Below, one piece after another: positions 54,600 through 64,000 of a DNA stretch of 64,000 bases; the first letter of the stretch is position 1; every line of letters begins with the position of its first letter. Location: contig OZ059894.1 of NCBI GenBank assembly GCA_964057225.1, forward strand, positions 2,294,001 through 2,358,000. Direction: 5' to 3'. Made by a program: the position numbers and the translations under genes. Below the pieces are notes generated by a model. The model was not told where the DNA came from, made no database searches, and was given only the letters and a program-made list of their open reading frames with translations. Origin of the DNA: Auanema rhodensis (taxonomy: Eukaryota > Animalia > Nematoda).

Positions 54600-57500
54600 T
54601 TCAAGGAAAAAATTAATTATTCAGGGTGAAAATCGAGGATATAAGTGTGAACTTATATCAGTTGATATCTCGGTGCATTTTTAAGCTAGCGCAAATCTAA
54701 TAACACAGATCGACGCAGCTTAAAAATCCGCATCGAATGCACTATACTACATTGAGGAACGCTTAATACAAAAATTAGTTATGATCGTTTGAAAAATAAT
54801 GCATTAGTGTATGTTGAGTTTCCATGTACACTCAACATAGCTTCCAAAAACATTTTGACAAAAATTTTTTCGAAAAATTTCAGAATAATTTAGCAAAAAG
54901 TAGATGTTTTTAGATTTCTTTTCTCAAGGCAAAGACGATGGACAATGTTATTCAACGAAAAAATTAATTCTTCAGGGTGAAAATCGAGGATATAAGTGTG
55001 AACTTATATCAGTTGATATCTCGGTGCATTTTTAAGCTAGCGCAAATCTGATAACACAGATCGACGCAGCTTGAAAATCCGCATCGAATGCACTATACTA
55101 CTTTGAGAAGCGCTTAATACAAAAATTAGTTATGATCGTTTGAAAAATGATGCATTAGTGTATGTTGAGTTTCCATGTACACTCAACATTGCTTCCAAAA
55201 ACATTTTGACAAAAATTTTTTCGAAAAATTTCAGAATAATTTAGCAAAAAGTAGATGTTTTTAGATTTCTTTTCTCAAGGCAAAGACGATGGACAATGTT
55301 ATTCAACGAAAAAATTAATTCTTCAGGGTGAAAATCGAGGATATAAGTGTGAACTTATATCAGTTGATATCTCGGTGCATTTTTAAGCTAGCGCAAATCT
55401 GATAACACAGATCGACGCAGCTTGAAAATCCGCATCGAATGCACTATACTACTTTGAGAAGCGCTTAATACAAAAATTAGTTATGATCGTTTGAAAAATG
55501 ATGCATTAGTGTATGTTGAGTTTCCATGTACACTCAACATTGCTTCCAAAAACATTTTGACAAAAATTTTTTCGAGAAATTTCAAAATAATTTAGCAGAA
55601 AGTAGATGTTTTTAGATTCCTTTTTTCAAGGCAAAGACGATGGACATTGTTATTCAACGAAAAAAGTAATTATTCAGGGTGAAAATCGAGGATATAAGTG
55701 TGAACTTATATCAGTTGATATCTCGGTGCATTTTTAAGCTAGCGCAAATCTGATAACACAGATCGACGCAGCTTAAAAATCCGCATCGAATGCACTATAC
55801 TACATTGAGGAAAGCTTAATACAAAAATTAGTTATGATTGTTTGAAAAATGATGCATTAGTGTATGTTGATTTTCCATGTACACTCAACATTGCTTCCAA
55901 AAACATTTTGACAAAAATTTTTTCGAAAAAGTTCAAAATAATTTAGCAAAAAGTAGATGTTTTTAGATTCCTTTTTTCAAGGCAAAGACGATGGACAATG
56001 TTATTCAACGAAAAAATTAATTCTTCAGGGTGAAAATCGAGGATATAAGTGTGAACTTATATCAGTTGATATCTCGGTGCATTTTTAAGCTAGCGCAAAT
56101 CTGATAACACAGATCGACGCAGCTTAAAAATCCGCATCGAATGCACTATACTACATTGAGGAACGCTTAATACAAAAATTAGTTATGATCGTTTGAAAAA
56201 TAATGCATTAGTGTATGTTGAGTTTCCATGTACACTCAACATAGCTTCCAAAAACATTTTGACAAAAATTTTTTCGAAAAATTTCAAAATAATTTAGCGA
56301 AAAGTAGATGTTTTTAGATTCCTTTTATCAAGGCAAAGACGATGGACAATGTTATTCAACGAAAAAATTAATTCTTCAGGGTGAAAATCGAGGATATAAG
56401 TGTGAACTTATATCAGTTGATATCTCGGTGCATTTTTAAGCTAGCGCAAATCTGATAACACAGATCGACGCAGCTTAAAAATCCGCATCGAATGCACTAT
56501 ACTACATTGAGGAACGCTTAATACAAAAATTAGTTATGATCGTTTGAAAAATAATGCATTAGTGTATGTTGAGTTTCCATGTACACTCAACATAGCTTCC
56601 AAAAACATTTTGACAAAAATTTTTTCGAAAAATTTCAAAATAATTTAGCGAAAAGTAGATGTTTTTAGATTCCTTTTATCAAGGCAAAGACGATGGACAA
56701 TGTTATTCAACGAAAAAATTAATTCTTCAGGGTGAAAATCGAGGATATAAGTGTGAACTTATATCAGTTGATATCTCGGTGCATTTTTAAGCTAGCGCAA
56801 ATCTAATAACACAGATCGACGCAGCTTAAAAATCCGCATCGAATGCACTATACTACATTGAGGAACGCTTAATACAAAAATTAGTTATGATTGTTTGAAA
56901 AATGATGCATTAGTGTATGTTGAGTTTCCATGTACGCTCAACATTGCTCCCAAAAACATTTTGACAAAAATTTTTTCGAAAAATTTCAAAATAATTTAGC
57001 AAAAAGTAGATGTTTTTAGATTCCTTTTTTCAAGGCAAAGACGATGGACAATGTTATTCAAGGAAAAAATTAATTCTTCAGGGTGAAAATCGAGGATATA
57101 AGTGTGAACTTATATCAGTTGATATCTCGGTGCATTTTTAAGCTAGCGCAAATCTAATAACACAGATCGACGCAGCTTAAAAATCCGCATCGAATGCACT
57201 ATATTACATTGAGGAACGCTTAATACAAAAATTAGTTATGATCGTTTGAAAAATAATGCATTAGTGTATGTTGAGTTTCCATGTACACTCAACATAGCTT
57301 CCAAAAACATTTTGACAAAAATTTTTTCGAAAAATTTCAGAATAATTTAGCAAAAAGTAGATGTTTTTAGATTTCTTTTCTCAAGGCAAAGACGATGGAC
57401 AATGTTATTCAACGAAAAAATTAATTCTTCAGGGTGAAAATCGAGGATATAAGTGTGAACTTATATCAGTTGATATCTCGGTGCATTTTTAAGCTAGCGC

Positions 57501-59280
57501 AAATCTGATAACACAGATCGACGCAGCTTGAAAATCCGCATCGAATGCACTATACTACTTTGAGAAGCGCTTAATACAAAAATTAGTTATGATCGTTTGA
57601 AAAATGATGCATTAGTGTATGTTGAGTTTCCATGTACACTCAACATTGCTTCCAAAAACATTTTGACAAAAATTTTTTCGAAAAATTTCAGAATAATTTA
57701 GCAAAAAGTAGATGTTTTTAGATTTCTTTTCTCAAGGCAAAGACGATGGACAATGTTATTCAACGAAAAAATTAATTCTTCAGGGTGAAAATCGAGGATA
57801 TAAGTGTGAACTTATATCAGTTGATATCTCGGTGCATTTTTAAGCTAGCGCAAATCTGATAACACAGATCGACGCAGCTTGAAAATCCGCATCGAATGCA
57901 CTATACTACTTTGAGAAGCGCTTAATACAAAAATTAGTTATGATCGTTTGAAAAATGATGCATTAGTGTATGTTGAGTTTCCATGTACACTCAACATTGC
58001 TTCCAAAAACATTTTGACAAAAATTTTTTCGAGAAATTTCAAAATAATTTAGCAGAAAGTAGATGTTTTTAGATTCCTTTTTTCAAGGCAAAGACGATGG
58101 ACATTGTTATTCAACGAAAAAAGTAATTATTCAGGGTGAAAATCGAGGATATAAGTGTGAACTTATATCAGTTGATATCTCGGTGCATTTTTAAGCTAGC
58201 GCAAATCTGATAACACAGATCGACGCAGCTTAAAAATCCGCATCGAATGCACTATACTACATTGAGGAAAGCTTAATACAAAAATTAGTTATGATTGTTT
58301 GAAAAATGATGCATTAGTGTATGTTGATTTTCCATGTACACTCAACATTGCTTCCAAAAACATTTTGACAAAAATTTTTTCGAAAAATTTCAAAATAATT
58401 TAGCAAAAAGTAGATGTTTTTAGATTCCTTTTTTCAAGGCAAAGACGATGGACAATGTTATTCAACGAAAAAATTAATTCTTCAGGGTGAAAATCGAGGA
58501 TATAAGTGTGAACTTATATCAGTTGATATCTCGGTGCATTTTTAAGCTAGCGCAAATCTGATAACACAGATCGACGCAGCTTAAAAATCCGCATCGAATG
58601 CACTATACTACATTGAGGAACGCTTAATACAAAAATTAGTTATGATCGTTTGAAAAATAATGCATTAGTGTATGTTGAGTTTCCATGTACACTCAACATA
58701 GCTTCCAAAAACATTTTGACAAAAATTTTTTCGAAAAATTTCAAAATAATTTAGCGAAAAGTAGATGTTTTTAGATTCCTTTTATCAAGGCAAAGACGAT
58801 GGACAATGTTATTCAACGAAAAAATTAATTCTTCAGGGTGAAAATCGAGGATATAAGTGTGAACTTATATCAGTTGATATCTCGGTGCATTTTTAAGCTA
58901 GCGCAAATCTGATAACACAGATCGACGCAGCTTAAAAATCCGCATCGAATGCACTATACTACATTGAGGAACGCTTAATACAAAAATTAGTTATGATCGT
59001 TTGAAAAATAATGCATTAGTGTATGTTGAGTTTCCATGTACACTCAACATAGCTTCCAAAAACATTTTGACAAAAATTTTTTCGAAAAATTTCAAAATAA
59101 TTTAGCGAAAAGTAGATGTTTTTAGATTCCTTTTATCAAGGCAAAGACGATGGACAATGTTATTCAACGAAAAAATTAATTCTTCAGGGTGAAAATCGAG
59201 GATATAAGTGTGAACTTATATCAGTTGATATCTCGGTGCATTTTTAAGCTAGCGCAAATCTGATAACACAGATCGACGCA
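54600..59280. repeat. 7-monomer-period (2457 bp) tandem duplication; boundaries approximate
   Basis: GAGGAAAGC occurs at 55807 and 58264; GTTGATTTTCC, GCAGAAAG and paired TTTTATCAAG monomers repeat at +2457. Confidence 0.85.
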
Positions 59281-62200
59281 GCTTGAAAATCCGCATCGAA
59301 TGCACTATACTACATTGAGAAACGCTTAATACAAAAATTAGTTATGATTGTTTGAAAAATGATGCATTAGTGTATGTTGAGTTTCCATGTACGCTCAACA
59401 TTGCTTCCAAAAACATTTTGACAAAAATTTTTTCGAAAAATTTCAAAATAATTTAGCAAAAAATAGATGTTTTTAGATTCCTTTTTTCAAGGCAAAGACG
59501 ATGGACAATGTTATTCAACGAAAAAATTAATTCTTCAGGGTGAAAATCGAGGATATAAGTGTGAACTTATATCAGTTGAGATCTCGGTGCATTTTTAAGC
59601 TAGCGCAAATCTGATAACACAGATCGACGCAGCTTAAAAATCCGCATCGAATGCACTATACTACATTGAGAAACGCTTAATACAAAAATTAGTTATGATT
59701 GTTTGAAAAATGATGCATTAGTGTATGTTGAGTTTCCATGTACGCTCAACATTGCTCCCAAAAACATTTTGACAAAAATTTTTTCGAAAAATTTCAAAAT
59801 AATTTAGCAAAAAGTAGATGTTTTTAGATTCCTTTTTTCAAGGCAAAGACGATGGACAATGTTATTCAAGGAAAAAATTAATTCTTCAGGGTGAAAATCG
59901 AGGATATAAGTGTGAACTTATATCAGTTGATATCTCGGTGCATTTTTAAGCTAGCGCAAATCTAATAACACAGATCGACGCAGCTTAAAAATCCGCATCG
60001 AATGCACTATACTACATTGAGGAACGCTTAATACAAAAATTAGTTATGATCGTTTGAAAAATAATGCATTAGTGTATGTTGAGTTTCCATGTACACTCAA
60101 CATAGCTTCCAAAAACATTTTGACAAAAATTTTTTCGAAAAATTTCAGAATAATTTAGCAAAAAGTAGATGTTTTTAGATTTCTTTTCTCAAGGCAAAGA
60201 CGATGGACAATGTTATTCAACGAAAAAATTAATTCTTCAGGGTGAAAATCGAGGATATAAGTGTGAACTTATATCAGTTGATATCTCGGTGCATTTTTAA
60301 GCTAGCGCAAATCTGATAACACAGATCGACGCAGCTTGAAAATCCGCATCGAATGCACTATACTACTTTGAGAAGCGCTTAATACAAAAATTAGTTATGA
60401 TCGTTTGAAAAATGATGCATTAGTGTATGTTGAGTTTCCATGTACACTCAACATTGCTTCCAAAAACATTTTGACAAAAATTTTTTCGAAAAATTTCAGA
60501 ATAATTTAGCAAAAAGTAGATGTTTTTAGATTTCTTTTCTCAAGGCAAAGACGATGGACAATGTTATTCAACGAAAAAATTAATTCTTCAGGGTGAAAAT
60601 CGAGGATATAAGTGTGAACTTATATCAGTTGATATCTCGGTGCATTTTTAAGCTAGCGCAAATCTGATAACACAGATCGACGCAGCTTAAAAATCCGCAT
60701 CGAATGCACTATACTACATTGAGGAACGCTTAATACAAAAATTAGTTATGATTGTTTGAAAAATGATGCATTAGTGTATGTTGAGTTTCCATGTACACTC
60801 AACATAGCTTCCAAAAACATTTTGACAAAAATTTTTTCGAAAAATTTCGAAATAATTTAGCGAAAAGTAGATGTTTTTAGATTCCTTTTTTCAAGACAAA
60901 GACGATGGACAATGTTATTCAACGAAAAAATTAATTCTTCAGGGTGAAAATCGAGGATATAAGTGTGAACTTATATCAGTTGATATCTCGGTGCATTTTT
61001 AAGCTAGCGCAAATCTGATAACACAGATCGACGCAGCTTGAAAATCCGCATCGAATGCACTATACTACATTGAGAAACGCTTAATACAAAAATTAGTTAT
61101 GATTGTTTGAAAAATGATGCATTAGTGTATGTTGAGTTTCCATGTACGCTCAACATTGCTCCCAAAAACATTTTGACAAAAATTTTTTCGAAAAATTTCA
61201 AAATAATTTAGCAAAAAGTAGATGTTTTTAGATTCCTTTTTTCAAGGCAAAGACGATGGACAATGTTATTCAACGAAAAAATTAATTCTTCAGGGTGAAA
61301 ATCGAGGATATAAGTGTGAACTTATATCAGTTGATATCTCGGTGCATTTTTAAGCTAGCGCAAATCTAATAACACAGATCGACGCAGCTTAAAAATCCGC
61401 ATCGAATGCACTATACTACATTGAGGAACGCTTAATACAAAAATTAGTTATGATCGTTTGAAAAATAATGCATTAGTGTATGTTGAGTTTCCATGTACAC
61501 TCAACATAGCTTCCAAAAACATTTTGACAAAAATTTTTTCGAAAAATTTCAGAATAATTTAGCAAAAAGTAGATGTTTTTAGATTTCTTTTCTCAAGGCA
61601 AAGACGATGGACAATGTTATTCAACGAAAAAATTAATTCTTCAGGGTGAAAATCGAGGATATAAGTGTGAACTTATATCAGTTGAGATCTCGGTGCATTT
61701 TTAAGCTAGCGCAAATCTGATAACACAGATCGACGCAGCTTAAAAATCCGCATCGAATGCACTATACTACATTGAGAAACGCTTAATACAAAAATTAGTT
61801 ATGATTGTTTGAAAAATGATGCATTAGTGTATGTTGAGTTTCCATGTACGCTCAACATTGCTCCCAAAAACATTTTGACAAAAATTTTTTCGAAAAATTT
61901 CAAAATAATTTAGCAAAAAGTAGATGTTTTTAGATTCCTTTTTTCAAGGCAAAGACGATGGACAATGTTATTCAAGGAAAAAATTAATTCTTCAGGGTGA
62001 AAATCGAGGATATAAGTGTGAACTTATATCAGTTGATATCTCGGTGCATTTTTAAGCTAGCGCAAATCTAATAACACAGATCGACGCAGCTTAAAAATCC
62101 GCATCGAATGCACTATACTACATTGAGGAACGCTTAATACAAAAATTAGTTATGATCGTTTGAAAAATAATGCATTAGTGTATGTTGAGTTTCCATGTAC

Positions 62201-64000
62201 ACTCAACATAGCTTCCAAAAACATTTTGACAAAAATTTTTTCGAAAAATTTCAGAATAATTTAGCAAAAAGTAGATGTTTTTAGATTTCTTTTCTCAAGG
62301 CAAAGACGATGGACAATGTTATTCAACGAAAAAATTAATTCTTCAGGGTGAAAATCGAGGATATAAGTGTGAACTTATATCAGTTGATATCTCGGTGCAT
62401 TTTTAAGCTAGCGCAAATCTGATAACACAGATCGACGCAGCTTGAAAATCCGCATCGAATGCACTATACTACTTTGAGAAGCGCTTAATACAAAAATTAG
62501 TTATGATCGTTTGAAAAATGATGCATTAGTGTATGTTGAGTTTCCATGTACACTCAACATTGCTTCCAAAAACATTTTGACAAAAATTTTTTCGAAAAAT
62601 TTCAGAATAATTTAGCAAAAAGTAGATGTTTTTAGATTTCTTTTCTCAAGGCAAAGACGATGGACAATGTTATTCAACGAAAAAATTAATTCTTCAGGGT
62701 GAAAATCGAGGATATAAGTGTGAACTTATATCAGTTGATATCTCGGTGCATTTTTAAGCTAGCGCAAATCTGATAACACAGATCGACGCAGCTTAAAAAT
62801 CCGCATCGAATGCACTATACTACATTGAGAAACGCTTAATACAAAAATTAGTTATGATTGTTTGAAAAATGATGCATTAGTGTATGTTGAGTTTCCATGT
62901 ACGCTCAACATTGCTCCCAAAAACATTTTGACAAAAATTTTTTCGAAAAATTTCAAAATAATTTAGCAAAAAGTAGATGTTTTTAGATTCCTTTTTTCAA
63001 GGCAAAGACGATGGACAATGTTATTCAAGGAAAAAATTAATTCTTCAGGGTGAAAATCGAGGATATAAGTGTGAACTTATATCAGTTGATATCTCGGTGC
63101 ATTTTTAAGCTAGCGCAAATCTAATAACACAGATCGACGCAGCTTAAAAATCCGCATCGAATGCACTATACTACATTGAGGAACGCTTAATACAAAAATT
63201 AGTTATGATCGTTTGAAAAATAATGCATTAGTGTATGTTGAGTTTCCATGTACACTCAACATAGCTTCCAAAAACATTTTGACAAAAATTTTTTCGAAAA
63301 ATTTAAGAATAATTTAGCAAAAAGTAGATGTTTTTAGATTTCTTTTCTCAAGGCAAAGACGATGGACAATGTTATTCAACGAAAAAATTAATTCTTCAGG
63401 GTGAAAATCGAGGATATAAGTGTGAACTTATATCAGTTGATATCTCGGTGCTTTTTTAAGCTAGCGCAAATCTGATAACACAGATCGACGCAGCTTGAAA
63501 ATCCGCATCGAATGCACTATACTACTTTGAGAAGCGCTTAATACAAAAATTAGTTATGATCGTTTGAAAAATGATGCATTAGTGTATGTTGAGTTTCCAT
63601 GTACACTCAACATTGCTTCCAAAAACATTTTGACAAAAATTTTTTCGAAAAATTTCAGAATAATTTAGCAAAAAGTAGATGTTTTTAGATTTCTTTTCTC
63701 AAGGCAAAGACGATGGACAATGTTATTCAACGAAAAAATTAATTCTTCAGGGTGAAAATCGAGGATATAAGTGTGAACTTATATCAGTTGATATCTCGGT
63801 GCATTTTTAAGCTAGCGCAAATCTGATAACACAGATCGACGCAGCTTAAAAATCCGCATCGAATGCACTATACTACATTGAGGAACGCTTAATACAAAAA
63901 TTAGTTATGATTGTTTGAAAAATGATGCATTAGTGTATGTTGAGTTTCCATGTACACTCAACATAGCTTCCAAAAACATTTTGACAAAAATTTTTTCGAA

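Larger units (their letters stand above)
1..64000. repeat. Satellite DNA tandem array, 351-bp monomer, 182 full copies plus a 121-bp partial, single orientation, running off both window ends
   Basis: The monomer start GAGAAACG.. recurs at 1, 352, 703 and so on. After three 1-bp deletions, starts fall at 18601, 25621, 32641, 39661, 46681, 53701, 60721 (every 7020 = 20x351) and 63880. Monomers differ by only a few substitutions. Monomer 1 has 108 G+C in 351 bp. Confidence 0.99.

Noticed and set aside
1-64000. CRISPR-like array of palindromic repeats
   Set aside because: There are no unique spacers, the entire 351-bp unit repeats, and there are no cas genes.
1-64000. Repeat-protein gene, since 351 is divisible by 3
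   Set aside because: The ORF track shows nothing longer than 65 aa, so no frame stays open across a monomer.
1-64000. Sequencing concatemer or amplification artefact
   Set aside because: Variants form linked, position-structured haplotypes with nested duplications, unlike random error on a single template.

Overview
The whole 64-kb window is one uninterrupted head-to-tail array of a 351-bp, AT-rich satellite DNA monomer (about 31% GC counted by hand in monomer 1). It holds 182 complete monomers plus a 121-bp partial copy, all in one orientation. I found no credible genes, RNA genes, CRISPR array or inserted mobile element; the five listed ORFs arise where single substitutions remove stop codons in the repeat. 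The register changes only three times, each time by the same 1-bp T-tract deletion (about 5782, 11397, 17363). Rare variants reveal multi-monomer duplications (3-, 5-, 6-, 7- and 16-mer periods, plus copies 40 and 44 monomers apart), two very homogeneous blocks, and a switch in variant spectrum near 48.6 kb. Each monomer carries at least five inverted repeats, including a roughly 67-nt hairpin in its most conserved part. This fits eukaryotic (peri)centromeric or heterochromatic satellite DNA, possibly invertebrate, but neither the organism nor the family can be named from the sequence. Variant comparisons were made by eye.
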